DNA from: an uncultured Alphaproteobacteria bacterium
Lineage (GTDB): Bacteria; Pseudomonadota; Alphaproteobacteria; Rhizobiales; Xanthobacteraceae
Assembly: GCA_963742935.1 (NCBI GenBank)
Contig: CAVUOI010000050.1
Location: 58,710 to 122,709 of the forward strand
Length of the DNA stretch: 64,000 nt
Reading direction: 5' to 3'
A program made the translations under genes and the position numbers. The notes under the pieces are model-generated. The model was not told where the DNA came from. It worked only from the letters and a program-made list of their open reading frames with translations, and did no database searches. Shown piece after piece: positions 42,643-52,746 of this stretch. Every line of letters begins with the position of its first letter. The stretch's first letter is position 1.

Positions 42643-43590
42643 CTACACCCGCTCGGCCGGCGCGAGCTTGCAAACGTCGGCGGCGGATTCGATCTGCAGC
42701 GTGGCGTGGTGGATGTTGAAGCGGTGCGAGAGCTCCTCGCAGACCCCGTGGAGGAAGGCGTCGTCATAGCCGCCGGGCCGCACCAGATGCGCGGTCAGCG
42801 CGGTTTCGTTGGTGCTCATCGCCCAGATATGGAGGTCATGCACTTCGGTGACACCCTCGAGCCCGCCGAGATAATCCTTCACCTTGGCCAGTTCGATGCC
42901 GCGCGGCACGCCGTCGAGTGCGAGATTGACGCTGTCGCGCGCCAGACCCCAGCCGCTCCAGAACACCACGACGGCGATCGCGAGGCTGATGGCGGGATCG
43001 AGCCACAGCCATCCCGTCGCCATGATGATCAGCGCCGCCACCACCACGCCGAGCGAAACACCGGCGTCCGCCACCATGTGCAGATAGGCGCCGCGAATAT
43101 TGAGGTCGCCATGACGACCGCGCATGAACAATAGCGCCGTGCCGCCGTTGATCGCGACGCCAAGCGTCGCGACCACGACAACCGTCCAGCCCGCGACCGG
43201 AGCCGGACTGTAGAGCCGGTTGACCGCCTCGACGGCAATGCCGCCGACTGCGACCAGCAGCAGGGCAGCGTTGAACAGCGCCGCCAGGATCGAGGCACGG
43301 CGATAGCCATAGGTGTGCTGCTGCGTAGGCTTCTTCGCCGACAGCCACGCCGCGCCCCAAGCCAGCAGCAGCGCGGCCACGTCGGAGAGATTGTGGACGG
43401 CGTCCGAAATCAGGGCCAGCGAGTTGGCGGCGTAGCCGAAGATCAGTTCGGCGATGACGAAGGCGGTATTGAGCGCGGCCCCGATCGCGAACGCCCAGCC
43501 GAAATTGTCCGGCGCATGGCTGTGGCCGGCGTGACCATGGGAATGATCATGCGCGTGGGAGTGATCGTGGTGAGCGTGATCGTGCGCCAT
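42643..43590 (-). CDS. Cation diffusion facilitator (CzcD/ZitB-like)
   Basis: His-rich N-terminus, SLALISDAVHNLSD, NIRGAYLHMVAD, VHDLHIWAMS, HATLQIE. Confidence 0.93.
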   Translation of the reverse strand: MAHDHAHHDHSHAHDHSHGHAGHSHAPDNFGWAFAIGAALNTAFVIAELIFGYAANSLALISDAVHNLSDVAALLLAWGAAWLSAKKPTQQHTYGYRRASILAALFNAALLLVAVGGIAVEAVNRLYSPAPVAGWTVVVVATLGVAINGGTALLFMRGRHGDLNIRGAYLHMVADAGVSLGVVVAALIIMATGWLWLDPAISLAIAVVVFWSGWGLARDSVNLALDGVPRGIELAKVKDYLGGLEGVTEVHDLHIWAMSTNETALTAHLVRPGGYDDAFLHGVCEELSHRFNIHHATLQIESAADVCKLAPAERV

Positions 43591-43658
43591 GGTCACGGTA
43601 TATAGCGCGGCAGAATTTGAATACTATCACAGCAAGGAGACGGTGCAGCCATCTCCTT

Positions 43659-43777
43659 CGTCGTCCCGGCCTTGAGCCGGGATCCATACCGCGTGATCCA
43701 TCGATAAGGCAGGGCGGCAGACGCTCTTCGCAAAATTTCCGCCGGTGGTTATGGGTCCCGGCCTTCGCCGGGACGAC
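43659..43777. repeat. CGTC-type REP/RPE-like element
   Basis: CGTCGTCCCGGCCTTGAGCCGGGATCCATA...TATGGGTCCCGGCCTTCGCCGGGACGAC. Confidence 0.85.
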
Positions 43778-43784
43778 CATAGAG

Positions 43785-46040
43785 TTACTCCACCCCGCGC
43801 AAGAACTTGTTCGACTTCGGCAGGCCGCCTGCGAGGCGGCCGGCGTCAGCGCGGTTGCCGCGCCAGTCGGCCAATTCCTTGGCGCTCATGCTCTGCTCGC
43901 GGCCGGCGGAATCTTTCCAGGTCAGGCCGGCCTTGAGTTCGAACACGGCGACGTCGGAAAGCTTGGCGCTGGAATATTTCTGCAGCCGCACGCCGCGGCC
44001 GCGCGCCATTTCCGGCACCTGGTCGAGCGGGAACAGCACCATCTTGTGGTTGGTGCCGATCACAGCGACCGTGTCGCCCGCCACCGTGGTAATCGCGCAG
44101 GCCTCAACCGGCATGGCGACGTTGAGCACCTGCTTGCCCTTGCGGGTGTTACCGACGCAATCCTCTTCCTTGACGATAAAGCCCTGCCCCTCGCTGCTGG
44201 CGATCAGGAATTTACGTTCGCCCTTGTTGACGAACAGCGACACGATCGCGGCGTCCTGCTCCATGTCGATGAACATGCGGATCGGTTCGCCATGACCGCG
44301 GCCGCCCGGCAGCTTTGCAACGTCGAGCGAATAGAATTTACCGTTGGTGGCAAACACCAGCAGTTTCGACGTGGTCTCGGCGAAGAAGGCGTGGTCGAGC
44401 TTGTCGTCGGTCTTGAAGGCAAGCCCCGAGATATCCTCGACATGGCCCTTTAGCGTGCGCACCCAGCCTTTTTCGGAGATCACCACCGTGCACGGCTCGC
44501 GCTCGACAAAGGCTTCCTCGATCGCGGCGAGATCGTGCTCGGGCGCATCAGCAAACATCGTACGGCGCTTGCCGAGCGGCGTCTTCGGCCCGAACAGGTC
44601 GCGTACTTTCCGGACCTGCTCGCCGACCTTGGACCACTGCTCGGTCTCGGAAGCGAGCAGCGCCTTGAGGCCCTTCAACTCGCCGCGAAGGTTCTTGTCC
44701 TCGGTGCGGATTTCGAATTCCTCGAGCTTGCGCAGGGAGCGCAGGCGCATGTTGAGGATGGCGTCGGCCTGGACTTCCGTCAGCTTGAACGCCTTGATCA
44801 GCGCCGGCTTCGGCTCATCCTCGGTGCGGATGATCCTGATCACCTCGTCGATGTTCAGATAGGCGATCAGGTAACCGCCGAGAATTTCGAGCCGGTTCTC
44901 GATCTGGGTCTTGCGGAAGTTGGAGCGGCGCACCAGCACGTCGCGCAGATGGTCGAGCCATTCGCGCAGGCACTCGGCAAGGCCCACCACCTTGGGGATA
45001 CGGCCCTTGATCAGCACGTTGAGGTTCAGCGAAATCTTGCTCTCGAGCTCGGTGAGCCGGAACAGCGATTCCATCATCAGCGCCGGATCGACGGCGCGGG
45101 ATTTCGGTTCGATCACCAGACGGACATCTTCGGCGGATTCGTCCCGGACGTCGCCAACCAGCGGCAGTTTCTTCTCGTTGAGCAGTTCGGCGATCTTCTC
45201 GACCAGCCGGGATTTCTGCACCAGCCACGGGATCTCGGTGATGACCACGACCCACGTACCGCGCGCGCCCTCTTCCTGGGTCCACTTGGCGCGGGTGCGG
45301 AACGAGCCGCGCCCGGTCATGTAGGCTTCGGCGATGCTTTCCTTCGAGTCGACGATGATGCCGCCGGTCGGGAAATCCGGACCCTTGACCCATTTCAGCA
45401 GCGACTTCGACTTGGCGTCAGGCTTGTCGATCAGGTGCAGCGCCGCGTCGCACAGTTCGGCTGCGTTGTGCGGCGGGATCGAGGTCGCCATACCGACCGC
45501 AATGCCCTGCGAGCCGTTGGCCAGCAGGTTCGGGAAGCCGCCGGGCAGAACCACCGGCTCTTTGGTCTGACCGTCGTAATTGGGACGGAACTCAACGCCG
45601 TCCTCGTCGATCCCTTCCAGCAGCAGCCGCGCGACCTCGGTCATGCGCGCTTCGGTGTAGCGGTAGGCGGCCGGATTATCGCCGTCGATATTGCCAAAGT
45701 TGCCCTGGCCGTCGACCAGCGGGTAGCGCGAGGAGAAGTCCTGCGCGAGGCGCACCATGGCGTCGTAGATCGCCTGGTCGCCATGCGGATGGAACGAGCC
45801 CATCACGTCGCCGACGATCTTGGCGGATTTCTTGAACGGCGTGCCGGGGTCGAGACGCAACAGGCGCATGCCGTAGAGGATGCGCCGGTGCACCGGCTTC
45901 AGCCCGTCGCGGGCGTCCGGCAGAGCGCGATGCATGATGGTCGAGAGCGCGTAGGCGAGATAGCGCTCTTCCAGCGCATCACGCAGCATCACCTCGTGGA
46001 TTTCAGCCGGTTCTTCCGGCGGTAGCTGTCGTTTTCCCAT
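43785..46040 (-). CDS. parC: DNA topoisomerase IV subunit A
   Basis: [29 protein letters not shown]; short C-terminal domain; recO-parC context. Confidence 0.95.
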   Translation of the reverse strand: MGKRQLPPEEPAEIHEVMLRDALEERYLAYALSTIMHRALPDARDGLKPVHRRILYGMRLLRLDPGTPFKKSAKIVGDVMGSFHPHGDQAIYDAMVRLAQDFSSRYPLVDGQGNFGNIDGDNPAAYRYTEARMTEVARLLLEGIDEDGVEFRPNYDGQTKEPVVLPGGFPNLLANGSQGIAVGMATSIPPHNAAELCDAALHLIDKPDAKSKSLLKWVKGPDFPTGGIIVDSKESIAEAYMTGRGSFRTRAKWTQEEGARGTWVVVITEIPWLVQKSRLVEKIAELLNEKKLPLVGDVRDESAEDVRLVIEPKSRAVDPALMMESLFRLTELESKISLNLNVLIKGRIPKVVGLAECLREWLDHLRDVLVRRSNFRKTQIENRLEILGGYLIAYLNIDEVIRIIRTEDEPKPALIKAFKLTEVQADAILNMRLRSLRKLEEFEIRTEDKNLRGELKGLKALLASETEQWSKVGEQVRKVRDLFGPKTPLGKRRTMFADAPEHDLAAIEEAFVEREPCTVVISEKGWVRTLKGHVEDISGLAFKTDDKLDHAFFAETTSKLLVFATNGKFYSLDVAKLPGGRGHGEPIRMFIDMEQDAAIVSLFVNKGERKFLIASSEGQGFIVKEEDCVGNTRKGKQVLNVAMPVEACAITTVAGDTVAVIGTNHKMVLFPLDQVPEMARGRGVRLQKYSSAKLSDVAVFELKAGLTWKDSAGREQSMSAKELADWRGNRADAGRLAGGLPKSNKFLRGVE

Positions 46041-46093
46041 GGGGAGGCGTTAAACTTTTCGGCTGAATCGGGCAAGACGCCAGTGCGGGAATC

Positions 46094-46210
46094 CGTCGCC
46101 CCAGCGCACGCAGGGGCCCATAACCACAGGCGTTTGTGGCAAAAACTGGCTTGGGCCACAGGGCTATGGATGGGCTGCGGCGTATGGGTCCCTGCATTCC
46201 AGGGACGACG
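46094..46210. repeat. CGTC-type REP/RPE-like element
   Basis: CGTCGCCCCAGCGCACGCAGGGGCCCATA...TATGGGTCCCTGCATTCCAGGGACGACG. Confidence 0.75.
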
Positions 46211-46260
46211 TCCGAGGATGGCACGTCAACCCGCGGAACTGATTCGCGCCCGAATCCGCC

Positions 46261-47373
46261 TCAGTTAGCGCGTTGATCGCCGGATACCCCAAGCGGCTGG
46301 TAAAGGCGGCATGCCGGCCTCGACCGCAGCCGGTTCATGGCCGGAAGTTCCACAAACTTCCAGGACAGCCAAGCCAGCGGCGTAACGGAGACGACGGAGA
46401 AAACAAAGGCCGCGAGAACGATAAGGGTCACCGGTATGGTTTCAAACCGGGCGATCGAATAAACCGTCAGCCGATTTGCGCCCCACAGCGCAAGCGGATG
46501 CAGCAAATAGAAGCTGTAGGAAATCTTGCCATAGAGCCTGACCACCGCCAGGTCGAGCGGCGCGAAAATCGTCGCTTCGGCGCGACAGGCAATCAGCATC
46601 ACCAAGGTCGCGGCCGACAGGCATTGAGCCAGCAAGGTCCAGGTCCCTGTGGGCTTGAAGAACGAGCAACCGCAGAAGATGACGACCGAGGCGATCGCGC
46701 ACACTGTGACCGCGGCCGGCGTCAGCTTTGCGGCGACGTCCCTGCCCCTGAAGTGCAGGAGGATGCCGACCGGGAAAGCGAAAATCGGCGCAAGGTTGGT
46801 GTCATCGCCGATCGACTTGGTGAATTGACCGACAAAGGCGAGTCCGAACAGCACCACGGCGACGGCAATCAACGGCCACATCCCATATCGCCGGAACAGC
46901 CAGACGCAGAGGATGATCAGCGGCGTGGCAGCCACTTCCGCTTTCATCGACCACATGACCACATCGATATCGGCGCGAAATATCAGCATGTTGGCGAGGA
47001 CGTTGAGCGGCGCAAACGAAGCCTTCGGGTACAGGCTGAAGTCGAAGCAATAATAGACCGCGGCAAATATGGCGACCGTCACGATCGCCGCCGGGTAAAG
47101 CCGGAAGATGCGGGCGATTACGAAACGGACGATGTCAGAATTTCTGTCCAGCGAACGAGCCAGTACAAACCCGCTGATGACGAAAAACGCGACGACCGCC
47201 CCGTAACCGTTGCTCAACGCCTGGATGGCGAACAGGCCCGCCCGGTCCAGCACGCTGCGTCCCGGCAAGTCAACGAAGGAAGACGACACGTGCATGAGCG
47301 CGACGGTCAACGCCGCGATGCCACGCATGGATTCGATGCGGGGAATGAACTGTGATGGGCTGATGTTGGACAC
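46261..47373 (-). CDS. Acyltransferase_3 (OafA/YrhL-like) membrane O-acyltransferase
   Basis: IESMRGIAAL.V...H, VVAFFVISGFVL, RIFRLYP, WSM..E, GKISYSFYLLH, SWKFVELP. Confidence 0.9.
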   Translation of the reverse strand: MSNISPSQFIPRIESMRGIAALTVALMHVSSSFVDLPGRSVLDRAGLFAIQALSNGYGAVVAFFVISGFVLARSLDRNSDIVRFVIARIFRLYPAAIVTVAIFAAVYYCFDFSLYPKASFAPLNVLANMLIFRADIDVVMWSMKAEVAATPLIILCVWLFRRYGMWPLIAVAVVLFGLAFVGQFTKSIGDDTNLAPIFAFPVGILLHFRGRDVAAKLTPAAVTVCAIASVVIFCGCSFFKPTGTWTLLAQCLSAATLVMLIACRAEATIFAPLDLAVVRLYGKISYSFYLLHPLALWGANRLTVYSIARFETIPVTLIVLAAFVFSVVSVTPLAWLSWKFVELPAMNRLRSRPACRLYQPLGVSGDQRAN

Positions 47374-47422
47374 GCGGGCACCGGAGATGGATAGTCAGAG
47401 TGCCAAGCTCTTAGACTATCAC

Positions 47423-48172
47423 TCAGGGTTGTGCCAGCCGGCCCGCTCGCTTCGTCACCGCGTTGATGAACCCGTCCCTCGCGTCGGAATGGCCCTGCCC
47501 GCGCGGCTCCAGCACGTGGCGCAGCAGGAACATCCCGGTCAGGCGAAAGCCGTCCTGCAGGTCCTGGTCGGACCAGCCGTTGGCGCTGCCCTCGCCCTCG
47601 CGCAGGAACGGCGGCAGCCGCAGCAGGCGGTCGCGATAGGGCTCGCCGGCCGCGCGCGATACCGCACCGCCGGATTTTGGCGAGACATAGATCAGCTCAG
47701 TGGTCGCGCCGGTCGCGGCGCAGTTTTCCAGGTCGAGACCAAAACCGAGTTCGACCAGCATGGCCAGTTCGAACCGGATGAGGTGGGCCGCCGCGCCGCC
47801 GGCATCGTCAAAATCGTCCAGCGTACGCTCGAGCATTTCGTAGATGTCTTCATGCGGATCGCGCTCCGGCAACAGCCGCACCAGCGAACCCAAATGGGTA
47901 ACGCCATAGGTTGCGTGCGCCGAAGCCAGCAGGGTCGCCGCGCGCAAGCGCGTACCTTCAACGGCGTAATATCCGAGATGCTCGTCGAGCCGCGCCCGCC
48001 ACACCGTGGTAACGCTGTTGCCCGGCTGCAGCAGCGGCCGCATCCGCTTACCCGCGCCGCCGCGCACCAGGCCGAGATGACGGCCATGCTCGCGCGTCAG
48101 CAGTTCAACGATGGCTGAAGATTCGCCATGCCGCCGCACGCCCAGCACGATGCCCTCGTCGGTCCATTCCAT
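47423..48172 (-). CDS. recO: DNA repair protein RecO
   Basis: [39 protein letters not shown]. Confidence 0.95.
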   Translation of the reverse strand: MEWTDEGIVLGVRRHGESSAIVELLTREHGRHLGLVRGGAGKRMRPLLQPGNSVTTVWRARLDEHLGYYAVEGTRLRAATLLASAHATYGVTHLGSLVRLLPERDPHEDIYEMLERTLDDFDDAGGAAAHLIRFELAMLVELGFGLDLENCAATGATTELIYVSPKSGGAVSRAAGEPYRDRLLRLPPFLREGEGSANGWSDQDLQDGFRLTGMFLLRHVLEPRGQGHSDARDGFINAVTKRAGRLAQP

Positions 48173-48218
48173 GGCGGGAGTTTACAGGATTTCAGCGACC
48201 GCTCGTAGGGCGGATTCC

Positions 48219-48599
48219 CTACACGTCGAACCACCCCACCGCGTCGCCGGTGAAGGAGTAATACAGCCCCATCGCCGCGAGCGCGCAGGAGATCGTCTCC
48301 ATGCCGCTGTCGAACGCCAGGCCCTTCTGGCCGACCACCTGCACCAGGGAAATCACCGACAGCAACAGGGCTGCGCCCAGCACCCAGCGTGCCCAGCCCA
48401 CGCGGTGCCGGGCGGCGAGCCAGACGAAGTAGAGCAGCAGTAGGATCATGCCCCCCGCCATCACGGTTCCGACAATGATCGCCAGCTCCGTCATGTCGTC
48501 GTTCGGCGTACGGTCCCGAAACGCCACCGACAACGAGTCCAGCGTCAGCGCCAGATACAGCAGAACCTCAAACCACAGCACGTTCTTCGGTACGGTCAT
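48219..48599 (-). CDS. Hypothetical membrane protein
   Basis: About four TM segments; between era and recO. Confidence 0.7.
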   Translation of the reverse strand: MTVPKNVLWFEVLLYLALTLDSLSVAFRDRTPNDDMTELAIIVGTVMAGGMILLLLYFVWLAARHRVGWARWVLGAALLLSVISLVQVVGQKGLAFDSGMETISCALAAMGLYYSFTGDAVGWFDV

Positions 48600-48646
48600 C
48601 GGGCCTGTTCTTCGTCATTGCCTGATTGCGGCCTGATCATTGCAAG

Positions 48647-49573
48647 TCATTCCCTGGGAAATTCCAGTCCCATTTCGCGGTAGCGGTCGGGATCGTCGCC
48701 CCAGTTCTCGCGCACCTTGACGAACAGGAACAGGTGCACGGGCACGCCCACGATCTCGGCGATCTCCTTGCGCGAATCCGCGCCGATCGACTTGATGGTG
48801 GCGCCGCCCTTGCCGAGCACGATCTTGCGCTGGCTCTCACGCTCGACAAAGATCGTCTGCTCGATGCGCACCGACTTGTCCTTGCGCTCGGTCCAGCTGT
48901 CGGTCTCGACGGTGGATTGATACGGCAGTTCCTGGTGGAGCTGGCGATAGATCTTTTCGCGGGTGATTTCGGCCGCCAGATGCCGCAGCGGCGCATCCGA
49001 CATCTGGTCCTCGGGATAATGAAACGGCCCCGCCGGCACCATCGCTGCGAGCGTCTTGCGCAAATCGTCGACGCCATCGCCTGATAGCGCCGATATCATG
49101 AAGGTGTGTTCGAACTTCATGCGTTCGTTGGCGGCCTGCGCCAGCGCCAGGAGCTTCTCGCGCGGGATCAGGTCGATCTTGTTCAGCACCAGGATTTTCG
49201 GGTGCCGGACCGTTGCGAGCTTGTTGAGGATCGCGTCGGCCTCCTCGTCGATGCCGGCTTTGGCATCGAGCAGCACGCAAACGAGGTCGGCGTCATGGGC
49301 CCCGCTCCAGGCGGTAGAGACCATGGCGCGGTCCAGTCTCCGTTTCGGCGAGAAGATGCCGGGCGTATCGACCAGGATGATCTGGCCGTTGTCCTCTATC
49401 ACGATGCCGCGAATCAGGGCGCGCGTCGTCTGCACCTTGCGCGAGACGATGGTCACCTTGGAGCCGACCAGCGCATTGACCAGCGTCGACTTGCCGACAT
49501 TGGGCGCGCCGATCAGCGCGACGAAGCCGCAGCGGGTCTCGGCGGGAACGCCGGATACGGGTTCAACTGTCAT
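48647..49573 (-). CDS. era: GTPase Era
   Basis: GAPNVGKST, QTTR, DTPG, NKID, KH domain IVLGKGG. Confidence 0.96.
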   Translation of the reverse strand: MTVEPVSGVPAETRCGFVALIGAPNVGKSTLVNALVGSKVTIVSRKVQTTRALIRGIVIEDNGQIILVDTPGIFSPKRRLDRAMVSTAWSGAHDADLVCVLLDAKAGIDEEADAILNKLATVRHPKILVLNKIDLIPREKLLALAQAANERMKFEHTFMISALSGDGVDDLRKTLAAMVPAGPFHYPEDQMSDAPLRHLAAEITREKIYRQLHQELPYQSTVETDSWTERKDKSVRIEQTIFVERESQRKIVLGKGGATIKSIGADSRKEIAEIVGVPVHLFLFVKVRENWGDDPDRYREMGLEFPRE

Positions 49574-50378
49574 TGCTGCCGCCACTAACGCCTTCGCGTT
49601 CAATCATCACCGAGGCCGCGACCTTCTCGGCCGCGCGCTTGGAGCCGCCGACGCCCTCGGCCGGATCCAGGCCCGGCAGGTCGACTGCGACGCGGAATTG
49701 CGGATCGTGATGCGGCCCGGTGCGCTCGATCTCGCGATAGACCGGCGTCGGCAATCCCTTGCTCTGCGCCCATTCCTGCAACACGGTCTTGGGATCGCGC
49801 AGCGGGCGGCGCGGCTTGCGCATCCGCTCCAGCCAGTTGCGCTCGACGAATTGCGACGCCGCCGCATAGCCGCCGTCGAGATAGATCGCACCGATCACAG
49901 CCTCGCAGATGTCGCCGAGCACGGACTTGCGCAAGCGCGCGCCCGCGCCCGCGCCCACCGCGCCGAGCTTGATGTCGTCGAGCAGCCCAAGCGACTTTGC
50001 GACGTCGGCGCAGCTTTCCTTTCGCACGAGATCGGCGAGCCTTTTCGACAACTCGCCCTCGTCGGCGCGCGGATAGGCGCGATACAGCATGTCGGAGATG
50101 ATCAGCCCGAGCACGTGATCCCCGAGAAATTCCAGCCGCTGATAACTGTCGGCGCGATGGCGGGTCGCGGGCTTCAGGGCGGAGACATGGGTAAAGGCGG
50201 TGGTCAGCAGCGCGGGATCGGAAAATTGGTAACCGATACGCCCTTCGATCGCCGCGGCGGCCGCCTTGGCGGCAGCCTTGCCGCGCTTCTTTTTGGGCGC
50301 AGCTTCACGGGGCGCATCGGCCTGGCCCGGCTCGCCTGAGGTCGCGGAATCCTGGATGAGGGATGTCTCGTCTTTCAT
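49563..50378 (-). CDS. rnc: Ribonuclease III
   Basis: QRLEFLGD, EGELS, D.CEAVIGAIYLD, dsRBD DPKTVLQEW. Confidence 0.96.
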   Translation of the reverse strand: MKDETSLIQDSATSGEPGQADAPREAAPKKKRGKAAAKAAAAAIEGRIGYQFSDPALLTTAFTHVSALKPATRHRADSYQRLEFLGDHVLGLIISDMLYRAYPRADEGELSKRLADLVRKESCADVAKSLGLLDDIKLGAVGAGAGARLRKSVLGDICEAVIGAIYLDGGYAAASQFVERNWLERMRKPRRPLRDPKTVLQEWAQSKGLPTPVYREIERTGPHHDPQFRVAVDLPGLDPAEGVGGSKRAAEKVAASVMIEREGVSGGSNDS

Positions 50379-51133
50379 CGCACGATTGTGAAAAGGCGAT
50401 TCCAGCGCACCGCAGTCGGCCAGCGCCAGAACATCCAGGCATGTTCACCCTCGGCGACGGAGAAGAAGATCATCTGCGCGCGGCCGACGATGTTCTCGAA
50501 CGGCACATAACCGACCGCCGACAGCACGCGGCTGTCTGTGGAATTGTCGCGGTTGTCACCCATCATGAAGAAGTGGCCGGGCGGCACGGTGTAGACGTTG
50601 GTGTTGTCGTAGAATCCGTTATCGACGCAATCGAGCGATTCGTAGCTGACGCCGTTTGGCAGCGTCTCCTTCCAGCGCTTGACGCGCGCGGTGGCGTCGG
50701 AGCCGCAAGGATCCTCGCCGATGAAATCCGACAGCCGCTCGCGCTTGATCGGCTTGTCGTTGATGTGGAGCAGGCCCTCCCGCATCTGGATGCGGTCGCC
50801 CGGCAGGCCGATCACGCGCTTGATGTAATCGGTGGAGTCGTCCTTCGGCAGGCGGAACACCACGATATCGCCGCGGCTCGGCTCCGAGCCGAAGATGCGG
50901 CCCGAGAACAGCGGCGGCGAGAGCGGTATCGAATAGTGGCTATAGCCGTAGGAATATTTCGAGACGAACAGATAATCGCCCACCAACAGCGTCGCCTTCA
51001 TCGATCCCGAGGGGATGTTGAACGGCTGAAACAGGAAGGTGCGGATCACGAGGGCGATGAGAAGAGCATGGATGACGACGCGGATGGTTTCGCCCAAGCC
51101 GCTTTCAGATTTTGTGCTGGAGGTCACGCTCAT
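50375..51133 (-). CDS. lepB: Signal peptidase I
   Basis: IPSGSM, YIKRVIGLPGD, GDNRDNSTDSR. Confidence 0.96.
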   Translation of the reverse strand: MSVTSSTKSESGLGETIRVVIHALLIALVIRTFLFQPFNIPSGSMKATLLVGDYLFVSKYSYGYSHYSIPLSPPLFSGRIFGSEPSRGDIVVFRLPKDDSTDYIKRVIGLPGDRIQMREGLLHINDKPIKRERLSDFIGEDPCGSDATARVKRWKETLPNGVSYESLDCVDNGFYDNTNVYTVPPGHFFMMGDNRDNSTDSRVLSAVGYVPFENIVGRAQMIFFSVAEGEHAWMFWRWPTAVRWNRLFTIVR

Positions 51134-51414
51134 CGCTTTCCCATTCCCCGCGGTCCGTTGCCCGCATGGTGGCAGAACGTTTTCCGCGCGCGAATCGCTT
51201 GATACGGCCGCGCCAGGAAAATGGTCTTTGTTACTGATATTGAGAGCCAATTCCGATGCTAACCGGAATCGGCCCTGGCTCGAACATGTAGCTCGGCGTT
51301 TTAGACGGTTGTTCGTTGGCGCGCAATCAAGCGCCTCGTAAAAACTTTATAATCCATTGATAAGTCAATGATTTTTAGTTTTGTATTGAACCCCCGGCGC
51401 AAACGCCGTGCCAC

Positions 51415-51834
51415 TCAGGGTCTGGCGGCAACGACCGCCGAAATTATGACGAAGGCCTGCGCCAGCGGCCAGTCGTCGGTGATCGACAGGTCGATCCGGG
51501 CCTCGCAGCCCTCCGGCGTCAGCGCCTCCAGCCGGGCCAGCGCGCCGCCGGTGAGTTTCATGGTCGGCCGTCCCCCCGGTAAATTAACCACCCCCATGTC
51601 CCTCCACCAGACGCCGCGCCGGATCCCGGTGCCGAGCGCCTTGGAACAGGCCTCCTTGGCGGCGAATCGCTTGGCGTAGGTCGCGACCACCATCTTTTCG
51701 CTGTTGGCGCGGCGCGCCGCCCTGGCCCGCTCAGCATCGGTGAAGATACGGTCGAGGAAGCGGTCGCCGTGGCGCTCGATCACCTTGGCGACGCGGGTGA
51801 TGTCGATCAGGTCGGAGCCGATGCCGATGATCAT
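51415..51834 (-). CDS. acpS: Holo-ACP synthase
   Basis: [31 protein letters not shown]. Confidence 0.94.
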   Translation of the reverse strand: MIIGIGSDLIDITRVAKVIERHGDRFLDRIFTDAERARAARRANSEKMVVATYAKRFAAKEACSKALGTGIRRGVWWRDMGVVNLPGGRPTMKLTGGALARLEALTPEGCEARIDLSITDDWPLAQAFVIISAVVAARP

Positions 51835-52614
51835 GGCCTGCCCGCGATCTTCCCGCGGCCGCGGTCCATCGCGGCGCGCATCTGCCGCACGGTCTCGCCA
51901 AGGCCGACGAACAGCGCCTCGCCCATCATGAAGTAGCCGATGTTGAGCTCGGCGATCTCGGGCAGCGCGGAGATCGTTTCCCCCGTCTGGTAGTCGAGGC
52001 CGTGGCCGGCATGGACTTCCAGCCCGGCCGCGCGGGCCAGCGCCACCCCCTCGACGATTCGCTGCCATTCGGCCCCGGCCTTCGCGCGTATGGCCGTCGA
52101 CCACGGCGTCGCACCAGCCGCCGGTATGGATCTCGATGACAGGCGCGCGGAGCCGCGCCGCCATCTCGATCTGGGCAGGATCGGCCGAGATGAACAGCGA
52201 CACCCGGATGCCGGCGTCGCTGAGTCGCGCGATGAACGGAGCCAGTGCATTGTGCTGTCCGACCACGTCCAGCCCGCCCTCGGTGGTCAGCTCCTCGCGC
52301 CGCTCCGGCACCAGGCATACGGCGTGGGGCTTTGTGGCCAGCGAAATCCGCAGCATGTCCTCGGTCGCCGCCATTTCGAAATTCAGCGGTTTTGAGATTT
52401 CAGCCTTCAGGCGGGCCATGTCGGCGTCGCGGATGTGGCGGCGGTCTTCCCGCAGATGCGCGGTGATGCCGTCGGCACCCGCCTCGATCGCGGCCAGCGC
52501 GGCGCGCACCGGATCCGGCCGCTCGCCGCCCCGTGCATTGCGCAGGGTGGCGACGTGGTCGACGTTGACGCCGAGGCGCAGCGGGGGGACGGGCATGTTC
52601 GGACTCGCGGACAT
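51831..52614 (-). CDS. pdxJ: Pyridoxine 5'-phosphate synthase (apparent frameshift ~52085)
   Basis: [45 protein letters not shown]; VHAGHGL and ELNIG in another frame. Confidence 0.92.
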
Positions 52615-52640
52615 GAACTGTTGCAAACTATATGCCAGTT

Positions 52641-52739
52641 CCTCATCCTGAGGAGCGCGGAACGCGCGTCTCGAAGGATGAGAGCCACCAGCGCGGGCGA
52701 CATGGTTCGAGACGCGCTTCGCGCCTCCTCACCATGAGG
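52641..52739. repeat. Intergenic palindromic repeat (CCTCATCCTGAGG family), copy 2
   Basis: Same architecture as 8706-8803. Confidence 0.85.
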
Positions 52740-52746
52740 ATCAAGG

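Noticed and set aside
51355-51370. FixK/FNR box upstream of lepB (CATTGATAAGTCAATG)
   Set aside because: Spacing is TTGA-N4-TCAA rather than TTGA-N6-TCAA.
51415-52626. PdxJ-AcpS fusion ORF
   Set aside because: Artefact of a frameshift near 52085; the PdxJ C-terminus is in the alternate frame.
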